Shown: piece after piece, positions 1 through 11,469 of the stretch
Numbering within the stretch: the first letter of the stretch is position 1
How the letters are laid out: every line of letters starts with the position of its first letter
DNA from: Microvirga sp.
Lineage (GTDB): Bacteria > Pseudomonadota > Alphaproteobacteria > Rhizobiales > Beijerinckiaceae
Length of the DNA: 64,000 nucleotides
Assembly (NCBI GenBank): GCA_035645535.1
Contig: DASQMJ010000056.1
Coordinates: 58,052 to 122,051 of the forward strand
Direction: 5' to 3'
The notes under the pieces: generated by a model
What the model was told of the DNA's origin: nothing
Database searches by the model: none
What the model saw: only the letters and a program-made list of their open reading frames with translations
Translations under genes and position numbers: made by a program

Positions 1-474
1 CGCGACGGCGAGGTGGTGGAGCTGCAGCCTCGGACGGTCGAAATCGACCGGCTCGCCCTGGTCCATCACGAGGGCGACCGCTCCGTGATCGAGGCCGATT
101 GCGGCAAGGGCACCTACGTGCGCGCCATCGCCCGCGACCTGGGACGAGCGCTCGGTTGCCTGGGCCACATCGCGGCTCTCCGGCGCACCCGCGTCGGGCC
201 CTTCACGGAGGAGGATGCGGTGGTGGTGGACGACCTCGCCACCGATCCGGCGGCGCTCCGCCCGGTCGAGAAGGCGCTGAGCGAAATTCCGTCGGTGGCG
301 GTGAGCCGCGACATGGCGGCCCGCCTCATGCGCGGCCAGTCGATCATCCTGCGCGGCCGCGAAGGGCCGATCTCCGGCAAGGTCTATGCCACCTGCAACG
401 GGGTCCTGGTGGCCGTCGGCGACGTGGAGCGCGGCGAACTGGTGCCGCACCGGGTGTTCAACCTGGGGGCTTGA
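1..474 (+). CDS. truB: tRNA pseudouridine(55) synthase TruB, 3' part (truncated by window start)
   Basis: CGKGTYVRAIARDLG and LRRTRVGPF motifs, C-terminal PUA-like tail; upstream of rpsO-pnp as is typical. Confidence 0.95.
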   Translation, partial: RDGEVVELQPRTVEIDRLALVHHEGDRSVIEADCGKGTYVRAIARDLGRALGCLGHIAALRRTRVGPFTEEDAVVVDDLATDPAALRPVEKALSEIPSVAVSRDMAARLMRGQSIILRGREGPISGKVYATCNGVLVAVGDVERGELVPHRVFNLGA

Positions 475-516
475 GGTCTTTCCCTCCCCGCGACGGGGAG
501 GGAAAGGACGCTTGCC

Positions 517-1065
517 TTACCGGTCCGCCTTCAGCCCCTGCGCCTCGCGCTCCAGGTAGCGGCGAGTGATGGTCTCGATCTGGTCACGGATCGCCTGCGC
601 GGTCTTCTCCTCCTCCCGCAGGCTCTCCTCCAGGGCCGGGATGAAGCGGGAATGGCCGGTCATGTCGGCCATGGCGATCAGCGACTTGTAGGACGCGATC
701 TCGAAATTCTCGAAGGCATGGTTGGCGAAAGAGTTCTTGAGGATCTCGTCGGCCATCGGCACGTGCGCCATGGCGGCGATATTGCCCATGACCTGGGTGG
801 CCATGTCCTTCAGGAGGGAGCGATCCTCGCCGAAATTGTGCAGGATCTCGTCCAGGCGGCGGATCTGCCCTTCCGTCTCGCGCACGTGCTGCTCCAGGAG
901 CTGGCGCATCTCCGGGTAGTTCTCGATCCGCTCGATCTGGCGGTTCATGAGCTGGATCGCCTCCTTCTCCAGGGAATGGGCGTTCTGGAGGCCGGTGATG
1001 AAGGTGTTCCTGGCCGTCTCGGAGGAGGACAGGTTGGCGGTGCCGGCGGCGGTGGCCATGGTCAT
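517..1065 (-). CDS. Ferritin-like DUF892 (YciE/YciF) stress protein
   Basis: GLQNAHSLEKEA, HVRETEGQ, FENFEIASY di-iron-type motifs; ATG at 1065 preceded by AAAGGA. Confidence 0.85.
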   Translation of the reverse strand: MTMATAAGTANLSSSETARNTFITGLQNAHSLEKEAIQLMNRQIERIENYPEMRQLLEQHVRETEGQIRRLDEILHNFGEDRSLLKDMATQVMGNIAAMAHVPMADEILKNSFANHAFENFEIASYKSLIAMADMTGHSRFIPALEESLREEEKTAQAIRDQIETITRRYLEREAQGLKADR

Positions 1066-1102
1066 GGAAGGTCCTTTCTGAAAGGGTGAATGCTGTACCG
1101 TC

Positions 1103-1127
1103 AACCAAGGCCGTCCCGGCTTGTTCC
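1103..1127 (-). promoter_or_regulatory. Putative EcfG (general stress sigma) promoter of the DUF892 gene
   Basis: Minus strand GGAAC-N16-GGTT, near the consensus GGAAC-N16/17-CGTT. Confidence 0.6.
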
Positions 1128-1224
1128 CGCCGATTTCGAGCCGGAAAACCGGGCGGCCGCCTTGCAATCGCGCTGGAAATCACGATCTCTCTGGAACTTG
1201 CGCGCTTTTCGTGTATGGTGCGCG

Positions 1225-1366
1225 CACTTCCCGCGGGCGTTGCCCGGGGAACGCGTTGCGAGATCAGACCGCGCTGGACGACATCCCGGCCCGGCCGTTT
1301 CCGACGAACCGGACCTTGAGCCCGACAAAGCCAAGGTCGCTCTATGATCAACTGAAAGGACAAGCG
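1225..1366 (+). promoter_or_regulatory. rpsO 5' leader, putative S15 autoregulatory RNA structure
   Basis: Long leader with hairpins including GCTGGACGACATCCCGGC (1273-1290) and GACCTTG..CAAGGTC; alphaproteobacterial S15 leaders are known. Confidence 0.5.
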
Positions 1367-1636
1367 ATGTCGATCACGGCTGAGCGCAAGAACGCGCTCG
1401 TGAAAGAGTACGCCCAGAAGGAAGGCGATACCGGCTCCCCCGAGGTGCAGGTCGCCATCCTGACCGAGCGGATCAACAACCTGACCGAGCACTTCAAGAC
1501 CCACACGAAGGACAACCATTCCCGTCGTGGCCTCCTGAAGCTCGTGTCGCAGCGCCGCTCCCTTCTCGACTACGTCAAGAAGAAGGACGAGAGCCGCTAC
1601 CGTACCCTCATCGAGAGGCTCGGCATTCGCCGCTAA
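1367..1636 (+). CDS. rpsO: 30S ribosomal protein S15
   Basis: MSITAERK...[16 protein letters not shown]...[12 protein letters not shown]...LGIRR, 89 aa, GAAAGGA RBS. Confidence 0.99.
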   Translation: MSITAERKNALVKEYAQKEGDTGSPEVQVAILTERINNLTEHFKTHTKDNHSRRGLLKLVSQRRSLLDYVKKKDESRYRTLIERLGIRR

Positions 1637-1742
1637 GCTTCCCGCAAACTCTCCGTCCGGGGCCCGGCCCCGGACGGCCTCTTGACGCAGGCGGAACAAG
1701 CAGATCCCCGCGTCCTTTGAAAAGAGGCGGATGACGCGATGA

Positions 1743-1816
1743 CCATGGCAGGATCGCAAGGGGCTTCACAGGCGGGCTTGCCCGCCGACGCGAGCCTCTT
1801 GCCGTCTTGCTCATGG
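1743..1816 (+). promoter_or_regulatory. Long stem-loop in the pnp leader (probable RNase III processing site)
   Basis: CCATGGCAGGATCGCAAGGGGCTT pairs imperfectly with GAGCCTCTTGCCGTCTTGCTCATGG; position matches the known pnp autoregulatory leader. Confidence 0.6.
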
Positions 1817-1851
1817 CATCGGGCCGCCGCCCTGTCACGAAAGACAAACGC

Positions 1852-4029
<2,178 letters not shown>

Positions 4030-4061
4030 GTCTCGCCCTCGCCTGTCGGTGACTTCATGTG

Positions 4062-4088
4062 AGCGCGGCCCTCGGGCCGCGCTTTTTC
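4062..4088 (+). terminator. Rho-independent terminator after pnp
   Basis: AGCGCGGCCC-TC-GGGCCGCGCT followed by TTTT. Confidence 0.85.
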
Positions 4089-4165
4089 GTTCGGGGATGC
4101 TCTCGCAGAAGAGAAAGCATCGGATTGGTCCCGAACCTGCAAATCCGCTTTTCCCGTCCGAGGCT

Positions 4166-4969
4166 TCAGCCTCGGGCGTCTCCACCGCCCCCGCGTCCGC
4201 GCATGTAGGCCTGGGGGCTGCACCCCATCTCGCTTCGGAACGCGTACACGAGCGCCGAAGTCGAACTGTAGCCGAGCTCCAGTGCCGTCCGGGTCACGTC
4301 CAGGCCGCCGCCCATGAGTTCAATCGCCTTGAACAGCCGCAGGCGCCGCCGCCAGGAGCGCAGGCTCATGCCCACCTCCGTCTCGAAGCGGCGGGCCAGT
4401 GTCCGTTCCGACATCCCAAGCTCCCGGCCCCATGCCTCCGCGCCGCGCGGATCGGCCGGATCTGTATAGAGCGCCTCGCACAAAGCCGTAAGTGATGATC
4501 CCCCACGGGGCCACGGGAGCGCGCCTGGAAGGGGCCTGGCACGCCGGAGCTGGTCCAGGATCAGGTCCGTCACACGCCCAGCATAGCCGTCACGGTCGTC
4601 CTCGCCAACGATCTCGGCGGCCTCCACGATAAGAGCCTTCAGCAGCGGCGTGACCGTGAACACCGTCGGACTCGCCGGCAGGCCATGCCCAGCTTCCTGG
4701 GCAATCCAGAGGCTGCGGAATTCCGCCCCGAGCAGGGATCCGACCCGGTGCCGCAGACCTGTCGGCAGCCAGACGGCCTGCTCAGGCGAGATCACGAAGG
4801 AGTGCCCCTCCGCCGTTACTGTCAGCACGCCAGAGATCGCATAGACCATCTGGTGCCAGCGATGGACGTGCTCCGGGAAGAAGTGGCGCGCCGGGATCGA
4901 CTGTGCCCGCACGGTGATCGGATGCGGCGGCGGCAGGCCGGGTGGCGCCTGGATCGTGCCCCAAGTCAT
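4166..4969 (-). CDS. AraC-family regulator (cupin + HTH)
   Basis: N-terminal HVHRWHQ cupin; C-terminal MSERTLARRF...LGYSSTSA...F AraC HTH. Confidence 0.9.
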   Translation of the reverse strand: MTWGTIQAPPGLPPPHPITVRAQSIPARHFFPEHVHRWHQMVYAISGVLTVTAEGHSFVISPEQAVWLPTGLRHRVGSLLGAEFRSLWIAQEAGHGLPASPTVFTVTPLLKALIVEAAEIVGEDDRDGYAGRVTDLILDQLRRARPLPGALPWPRGGSSLTALCEALYTDPADPRGAEAWGRELGMSERTLARRFETEVGMSLRSWRRRLRLFKAIELMGGGLDVTRTALELGYSSTSALVYAFRSEMGCSPQAYMRGRGGGGDARG

Positions 4970-5093
4970 GTCGTGTCCTAGTTTGGCAGATATTCTACAT
5001 AATTTGGCTGGCTGTCAAAATACGGACAGGAGGCGATCCCGTATAAGCGCCGGAAGGAGCACCGTTGACTGCTCTCAGCACGAGGAACCTGCC

Positions 5094-6413
5094 ATGATCC
5101 GCCTCGACAGCCGTGGCCTGCCACTCTCGACCACGTCCGACCTGGCGGCCGAGCGCTACCGGGAGGGCGTCGACCTGCTTCTTTCGGCTTGGCCCGGTGC
5201 CGGGGAGGTCCTGGACGAGGCCATCGTGGCCGACCCGGATTTCGCTCTCGCCCACGCCGCGCGGGCCCGCCTGCACGTCATCCGCACCGAGCTGACCACG
5301 GCTAAGGCGCGGATCGCCACGGCGGAGGAGATCGTCGCCCGGCGCGGGACCGAGCGGGAACGCAGCCATGTGGACGTCCTGTCGTTGGCCATCAACGGCC
5401 ATTCGGCCAAGGCACTCGAGCGGGCGCTCGCCCATGCCGAGACCTGGCCGCGGGATGTCCTGGTCCTGTCGCTGCCTCTCGGCGCCTTCGGGCTCTTCGC
5501 CTTCTCCGGCATGGCGGACCACGACCAGGCGCGCGTGGATCTCTGCGAGCGCCATGCCCGGCACTTCGACGCCGACGACTGGTGGTTTCTCACCTACCGG
5601 GGCTGGTCTCATGCGGAGAACGGCAACGTGGCGCACGGCCGCGCCCTCACGCAGCGTGGCTACGACCTGCGCAGAAACAACGCGAACGCGGCGCACGCGC
5701 TCTCGCACGCCATGTACGAGGGCGGTGCGCACGATGAGGCGGAACGCCTGATCACCGACTGGCTACCGGGCTACGACCGCTCGGGAATCCTTCATGGACA
5801 CATCGCCTGGCACTCGGCTCTCGGTGCGTTGGAGCGCGGCGACCCTGAGCAGGCGCTGGCGATCTATACGGATTACATCCAGCCATCGGTCACGGCCGGA
5901 ATGCCGGTCAACGTGGTCAGTGACACTGCTTCCTTCCTGTGGCGGCTGGAGGCCTACGGCCACACCGTGCCGGTGGGGCTGTGGCAGGACGCGGCGGCCT
6001 ATTCGGGAAGCTACTTCCAGAAGGCCGGCTTCGCCTTCGCGGACGTCCATATGGCGCTCATCGCGGCGGCGACGGGCGATAGGGCTGCCGTCGAGGAGCG
6101 CGTGAAGGCTCTGTTGGCGCTGATCGGGACAGGGGGCCTCGCCGCCGGGCCCGTCGTGCCGGCGATCTGCCGCGCCGCCCTGGCTTTCGCGGAGGAGGAC
6201 TATGCAGCCTGCGCCCGCATCCTGGAGCCCGTCGCGCCCGAGGTCGTGCGCATTGGGGGCAGCGGCGCCCAGCGCGAGATGATCGAGGACATGCTGCTGC
6301 TGGCCCTGATGCGCAGCGGCGAGGCCGTGAAGGCCCGCGTGCTGCTCGACCGCCGCCTGCACCGCCGCCCGTCGTCGCGCGATATCCGCTGGCATGGCCT
6401 GCTCGCAGCCTGA
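5094..6413 (+). CDS. TPR protein, TTC38-like
   Basis: Helical repeats, AHALSHAMYE, HGHIAWH, IGGSGAQRE motifs characteristic of the TTC38-like family; GAGGA RBS. Confidence 0.75.
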   Translation: MIRLDSRGLPLSTTSDLAAERYREGVDLLLSAWPGAGEVLDEAIVADPDFALAHAARARLHVIRTELTTAKARIATAEEIVARRGTERERSHVDVLSLAINGHSAKALERALAHAETWPRDVLVLSLPLGAFGLFAFSGMADHDQARVDLCERHARHFDADDWWFLTYRGWSHAENGNVAHGRALTQRGYDLRRNNANAAHALSHAMYEGGAHDEAERLITDWLPGYDRSGILHGHIAWHSALGALERGDPEQALAIYTDYIQPSVTAGMPVNVVSDTASFLWRLEAYGHTVPVGLWQDAAAYSGSYFQKAGFAFADVHMALIAAATGDRAAVEERVKALLALIGTGGLAAGPVVPAICRAALAFAEEDYAACARILEPVAPEVVRIGGSGAQREMIEDMLLLALMRSGEAVKARVLLDRRLHRRPSSRDIRWHGLLAA

Positions 6414-6421
6414 GGGTCCCC

Positions 6422-7645
6422 ATGGCACACGCGAATGCCGACGTTGCGGCCGGGCTCGTGCCCGCGGTCCGCTCCGGAGATGCCGATGTCTGGCGGCTGG
6501 CGATTGCGCAGGCGCTCGCCGGGGCGAACTCGGCGGTCGTGTACGCAACCGGCGCCATCGTCGGCAGCATGCTTGCCCCGAGCCAAGCGCTGGCCACGTT
6601 GCCGATCTCCATCTTCGTGGTGGGGATGGCGGCCTGCACCCTGCCGGCCGGGGCCATCGCCCGGCGCTACGGCCGCCGCGCCGCGTTCCTGGCAGGAACG
6701 GGATGCGGTGTGCTCACCGGGCTGCTGGCGGCGTTCGCAGTCGTCCTTGGCTCGTTTTGGCTGTTCTGCTCAGGCACGCTCTTCGGAGGCGCCTATGCCG
6801 CCGTGGTGCTCTCGTTCCGCTTCGCTGCCGCCGATGGCGTTCCGGCGGAGCGACGCCCGCGGGCGCTGTCCGCCGTCATGGCGGGCGGGATATTCGCGGG
6901 GGTCGTCGGGCCGCAGCTCGTCTCCTACACCATGGACCTGTGGCCGCCCCACCTGTTCGCGGCGACGTTCCTGGCGCAGGCGGCCGTCGCGGCCGTTTCG
7001 GCCCTCGTCCTGCTCGGCGTCCGGGTTCCGACGCCCACGGCGGCGGAGGTGGCTGGCGGCCGTCCGCTCAGCGCCATCGTGCGCCAGCCCCGCTTCATCA
7101 CCGCCGTGATCTGCGGGGTCGTGTCGTACACGCTGATGAACTTCATCATGACCGCGGCGCCGCTGGCGATGCGCCTGTGCGGCCTGTCGCAGGAATCGTC
7201 GAACCTCGGCCTGCAATGGCATCTTATCGCGATGTATGCTCCGGGCTTCTTCACGGGCAAGCTGATCACGCGCTTCGGTGCGCCCCGCGTGGCGGGCGCC
7301 GGCCTGGCTCTGACCGCCGCGTCCGCCGCCATCGGGCTGACGGGAGTGGATGTGGCGCATTTCTGGCTGACGCTGATCCTGCTCGGGATCGGCTGGAACT
7401 TCGGCTTCGTGGGCGCCTCGGCGCTCGTGCTGGAGTGTCACCGGCCCGAGGAGCGCACGCGGGTTCAGTCGCTCAACGACTTCCTGGTGTTCGGCACGAT
7501 GGCCCTGGGCTCCTTCGCGTCCGGGAGCCTGCTGACGGCATATGGCTGGGACGCGGTGCTCTGGGTGTCGTTCGTCCCTCTCGCGGCGGCGGTCGTGACG
7601 CTCGGCGCCACGGCGCCGTCCCGCGCCGGACGAGCGGCCGGCTGA
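6422..7645 (+). CDS. MFS transporter
   Basis: About 12 hydrophobic segments, RRYGRR loop motif, LLGIGWNFGFVG. Confidence 0.9.
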   Translation: MAHANADVAAGLVPAVRSGDADVWRLAIAQALAGANSAVVYATGAIVGSMLAPSQALATLPISIFVVGMAACTLPAGAIARRYGRRAAFLAGTGCGVLTGLLAAFAVVLGSFWLFCSGTLFGGAYAAVVLSFRFAAADGVPAERRPRALSAVMAGGIFAGVVGPQLVSYTMDLWPPHLFAATFLAQAAVAAVSALVLLGVRVPTPTAAEVAGGRPLSAIVRQPRFITAVICGVVSYTLMNFIMTAAPLAMRLCGLSQESSNLGLQWHLIAMYAPGFFTGKLITRFGAPRVAGAGLALTAASAAIGLTGVDVAHFWLTLILLGIGWNFGFVGASALVLECHRPEERTRVQSLNDFLVFGTMALGSFASGSLLTAYGWDAVLWVSFVPLAAAVVTLGATAPSRAGRAAG

Positions 7646-7699
7646 GACGCCGGAAAGCATCGGGCCTGAAAGTGCAAATCCGCTTTTGGGTCCGGCGCT

Positions 7700-8719
7700 C
7701 TAGTTCCTGAACGTCGTGCCGGTGCGGCGCACGGTCGAGAACCGGTTCTCGTGGTACACGGACGTGTAGGGGACCTGGACGTATTCGAACGTCTTGCGCA
7801 CGGCCCAGCCCGGAAGCGTGTCCCTGTAGCGGGCGAAGTTCGGTTGTGGCCCGGAGCCGAAGAGAACCTCGTTGAGGTTCAGTCCCATCCCGACGTAAAG
7901 GGACCGCTCGATCGGATAGCCGAGCTCCCGCTCCCTCCTCTCGAAACCGCGCGCATCGAAGCCGGCATGCAGTTCGAGGTATCGCAGGGGCGTGTTCCTG
8001 AGGGTTTCGAACCCGCTGCCCTTCAGGGCCATGATGTATCGCTGGCGCTCGTACGGCGGGAGAATGCCTGTCTCCGTGGTGATGCCGGGCCGCTCGAAGC
8101 TTGCGGGCGTGTACATGATCCGCCAGTCCAACTTCTCCCGCAGCCCTGGGAGGGAGTTCCTGAAGATCGAGAACAGCGCGCCGACGCCGTTCGCCACGAT
8201 GTCCTCGCGCGAGAAGCGGTGCCGGCCCGTGAACCCGTCCACGGTCTCGACCAGCCCCATGATTCCGAACGCCAGCAGCGCGGCCGTGATCGGGGCGCCT
8301 GTAGGGTCGGATGCGTTGGCCCGGATCCGGTCCGTCAGGAGGTCGGCGATGACGTAGGTCGAGAAGGAGTGGCCGATCTTGTCCATTCCGCCGTGGCGGG
8401 TGTTCTTGGCGAACCACCCCTCCTCGATGGTCTGAAACCCGGAAGCGTTGCCCCAGTCCCAGTCCTTGATGCCGACGGTGACGATGGCGGCCCCGACGAT
8501 GGCCAGCTCCCACCGAACCGCATGCAGGTGATCGCCCAGGCGGCCGACCGAGTAGAAGGTCGGAGGGACGGGCGTCGCCTCCCGGTCTGCCGGAGCGGCC
8601 GCGGCCGCTTGCGGTATGGAACGGCGCGCCGACGGTTCACCCGGTTGCGCCAGGGATGCGTCGGGGCGCAGGGCGGCGCCCAGGATTGCAAGGCAAGCGA
8701 CGAAGGCGACGACCCGCAT
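7700..8719 (-). CDS. Exported DUF2279/YfiM-like protein
   Basis: Signal peptide, GGMDKIGH, ETVDGF, FSREDIVAN motifs. Confidence 0.65.
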   Translation of the reverse strand: MRVVAFVACLAILGAALRPDASLAQPGEPSARRSIPQAAAAAPADREATPVPPTFYSVGRLGDHLHAVRWELAIVGAAIVTVGIKDWDWGNASGFQTIEEGWFAKNTRHGGMDKIGHSFSTYVIADLLTDRIRANASDPTGAPITAALLAFGIMGLVETVDGFTGRHRFSREDIVANGVGALFSIFRNSLPGLREKLDWRIMYTPASFERPGITTETGILPPYERQRYIMALKGSGFETLRNTPLRYLELHAGFDARGFERRERELGYPIERSLYVGMGLNLNEVLFGSGPQPNFARYRDTLPGWAVRKTFEYVQVPYTSVYHENRFSTVRRTGTTFRN

Positions 8720-8975
8720 CGGCCGATCCTCTTCCAGCGCCCCCGGTACTAACCTTTCAATGGCCGATGGCGGAACTCAACCCCTGCGGCAGAAGCGATC
8801 TGCCGCAGGGGGCCAAAGCCGGCCGCGAAGGTAAACGGAACCTCAAGGCCCGAGTGCCGGCAGCCGGGAGCCGAGGACGGAGCGGGCTGCTCGAAAGCAG
8901 CTGCCGTCCGGTCACCCGGTCTGGCATGAGGGCGGTTCTCCGGCTACGGTGAGTCACCTGACCCATGAGGCCGCC

Positions 8976-10343
8976 ATGCCCCCTTCCTCGTCGCAAGTCG
9001 TCATCTGTGGCGCCGGCATCGCCGGCATCGCGGCGGCCTACCACCTCGCCGTCGAACACGGCCTCGACCGCGTGACGCTGGTCGACGAGGGCAATCCGCT
9101 CTCGCTCACCTCGGACAAGTCGACGGAAGCCTACCGCAACTGGTGGCCGGGCCCCGACTGGGCCATGACAGCCTTCATGAACCGCAGCATCGACCTCATC
9201 GAGGGGATCGCGCGCGCGACCGGCAATCGCATCAACCTCAACCGCCGCGGCTACGTGTTCGCGACCGCCGATGCGGGCAAGATCCCTTTCCTCGAGGCCA
9301 TGGCGAGATCGGCCGAGGAGCGCGGCGGGGGGCCTGCCCGGTTTCACGATACGCCGCAGAGCCCCTATCGGCCGTCATCCGAACACGGTTTCGAGGATGC
9401 CCTCACGGGCGCGGACGTCATCACCGACACGAGCCTTATCCGCCGGCACTTTCCGTTCCTCGCCCCCGAGACTGTGGCGGTCGCGCATGCCCGGCGCGCC
9501 GGCTGGCTCAGCGCCCAGCAGCTCGGCATGGTGATGCTGGAAGCGGTTCGGGCGCACGGCGTGCGGTTCGTGAAGGGCCGGGTCACCGGTTTCGACACGG
9601 CCGGCGGCCGGGTTCGGGCGGTTCATGTCGACCGGCAGGACGAGCGCCTGACGCTTCCGGCGACCCATGTGGTGCTGGCCGCCGGGCCGATGCAGGCCGA
9701 GATGGCGCGCATGATCGGCGTCGATCTGCCGATCAGGGCCGAGCGCCACTACAAGGTCAGCTTCGCCGACACGCTCGGCGGCCTGCCGCGCAACGCGCCG
9801 ATGCTGATCTGGCTCGACGAGCAGCGTCTGCCCTGGAGCGACGAGGAACGGGCGGCGCTCGAGGACGACGAGGAGGCCCAGTGGCTCCTCGGGGAGTTTC
9901 CCGCGGGCGTCCATGGGCGGCCGGACGGGGCGTCGGCGACGCTCATCCTCTTCAACCACCACGGCGAGGCGGTCGATCCGGTCTTCCCTCTTCCCGAGCC
10001 GGCCTATTACCCCGAGATCGCCCTCAGGGGCATGTCCACCATGGTGCCGGGGCTCAAGGTCTATAACGGGGAGACCCCCCGGCCCTACATCGACGGCGGC
10101 TACTACATGCGCACGCAGGAGAACCGGCCGCTGATCGGACCTGTCGCGGTCGAAGGCGCCTATATCTCATGTGCTTATTCGGGCTTCGGCGTGATGGCAT
10201 CCTGTGCCGGCGGAGAGCTCATCGCCCGCCACATCATGGAGGCTCCCCTGCCCGACTACGCGCCGGCCTTCCTTTTGTCCCGCTACCAGGACCCCGCCTA
10301 TGCGGCCCTGCTCGACCGCTGGGGCGACGGCGGCCAGCTCTGA
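8976..10343 (+). CDS. FAD-dependent oxidoreductase (DAO/sarcosine oxidase-like)
   Basis: VVICGAGIAG dinucleotide-binding motif, ENRPLIGP, SGFGVMAS. Confidence 0.85.
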   Translation: MPPSSSQVVICGAGIAGIAAAYHLAVEHGLDRVTLVDEGNPLSLTSDKSTEAYRNWWPGPDWAMTAFMNRSIDLIEGIARATGNRINLNRRGYVFATADAGKIPFLEAMARSAEERGGGPARFHDTPQSPYRPSSEHGFEDALTGADVITDTSLIRRHFPFLAPETVAVAHARRAGWLSAQQLGMVMLEAVRAHGVRFVKGRVTGFDTAGGRVRAVHVDRQDERLTLPATHVVLAAGPMQAEMARMIGVDLPIRAERHYKVSFADTLGGLPRNAPMLIWLDEQRLPWSDEERAALEDDEEAQWLLGEFPAGVHGRPDGASATLILFNHHGEAVDPVFPLPEPAYYPEIALRGMSTMVPGLKVYNGETPRPYIDGGYYMRTQENRPLIGPVAVEGAYISCAYSGFGVMASCAGGELIARHIMEAPLPDYAPAFLLSRYQDPAYAALLDRWGDGGQL

Positions 10344-10359
10344 CCGGAGCCATGCGGCT

Positions 10360-10510
10360 CCCGGCGGGGAACCGGCAGGTACGGGCGAGGTTGCGCTGTC
10401 TGCGACGAGCCGGCGGACAATGGCCTCGCCTATCCGTTTGCCGCCCGTCACAGGGGCGCGCTCGACGGCAAACTCCAAGAGATCGATAGCGAACGGGGTG
10501 CCTTAATCAT
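10360..10510 (-). pseudogene. Degraded 5' fragment of an SDR oxidoreductase
   Basis: Reads FAIDLLEFAVERAPVTGGKRIGEAIVRRL, a decayed TGxxxGIG Rossmann start; out of frame with the ATG near 10510 and similarity lost after about 45 codons. Confidence 0.6.
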
Positions 10511-10836
10511 CATGCAATCTCCAGCCGCGCAATCTTCGAGCCGGAAAGGCTGAAGGCATAGCGCAGCATTGCGGGACTGCCAGGAAAGTCGCCCGATACC
10601 AGACCTGAGACGATCAGACGGTCGTCCGCCGCCCCGACCTGCTTGATGTCGACGGTGACGCGGTACTTGCGGGTCGTATCCTCAATCCAGGAGCGGATGG
10701 CCGCCCGGCCATGATGCTCCCGGCCTTCGTCCCTCACCACGGCATCTTCGGCGAAGGGCGCCACCATGGCGTCGATGTCGTGCCGGTTCTTAGCCTCGTA
10801 ATAGGCAGCCAACGGGGGAGGCAGTTCCTTGCGCAT
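10510..10836 (-). CDS. SnoaL-like / NTF2-family protein
   Basis: FAEDAVVRDEG..H.GRAAI..W, VSGDFPGSP, KIARLEI. Confidence 0.85.
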   Translation of the reverse strand: MRKELPPPLAAYYEAKNRHDIDAMVAPFAEDAVVRDEGREHHGRAAIRSWIEDTTRKYRVTVDIKQVGAADDRLIVSGLVSGDFPGSPAMLRYAFSLSGSKIARLEIA

Positions 10837-10955
10837 ACCGGTTCTCCAAGAGGAGCCAGCCCGCATGAGGTTTGTCTGGCTCCGTAGCGGTGGGTTGAAC
10901 TTGGATGTATGCTGACCGAAAGGCAAGAACATACGAAAAAGTAAGGTACTCACCC

Positions 10956-11333
10956 ATGAGTAAGGAAGAAGCCCTAACCCCCGGCTCCGCTGCAGATCGG
11001 GTTGAACAGGCGCTCAAGTTCCTCGAGGGCCGTTGGAAGCTGGTGATCCTGTTTCGGCTCTTCGGCGGCAAGGTGCTGCGCTTCTCGGAATTGGAGAAGG
11101 CTATTCCGGCCATCTCGCAGAAGATGCTCATCCAGCAGCTTCGTCAGATGGAGGCGGACGGCATCGTCCGCCGGATCGTTCATCATCAGGTGCCGCCGAA
11201 GGTGGAGTATTGCCTCACGGACTGGGGGCAGGCCTTGTGTCCGGCGCTCGATGCGCTGCTGCAATGGGCGGCCGCCCGGGAGCATCCTCGTGAAACGGAT
11301 GCCGAAGTGCCGCCCGCGCGTCCGATGCTGTGA
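10956..11333 (+). CDS. HxlR-family winged-helix regulator
   Basis: LEGRWKLVIL, RFSEL, ISQKML, VPPKVEYCLT; divergent from the SnoaL gene. Confidence 0.9.
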   Translation: MSKEEALTPGSAADRVEQALKFLEGRWKLVILFRLFGGKVLRFSELEKAIPAISQKMLIQQLRQMEADGIVRRIVHHQVPPKVEYCLTDWGQALCPALDALLQWAAAREHPRETDAEVPPARPML

Positions 11334-11469
11334 AGACCACGACTGAAGCCCGATTCGGCCTCGGCGTTGCGTATCCCTGTCCTCGACCGCCCGGCTGGGC
11401 AGGCCCGACGAAGCCATCGGTGATGAGATCCGCCTTGACGGCGCCGCCGATGACCGGCGGAAGAATGGC

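Noticed and set aside
482-503. Hairpin CCCTCCCCG-CGA-CGGGGAGGG after truB
   Set aside because: Most simply a terminator or short REP-like palindrome between convergent genes; nothing further to support
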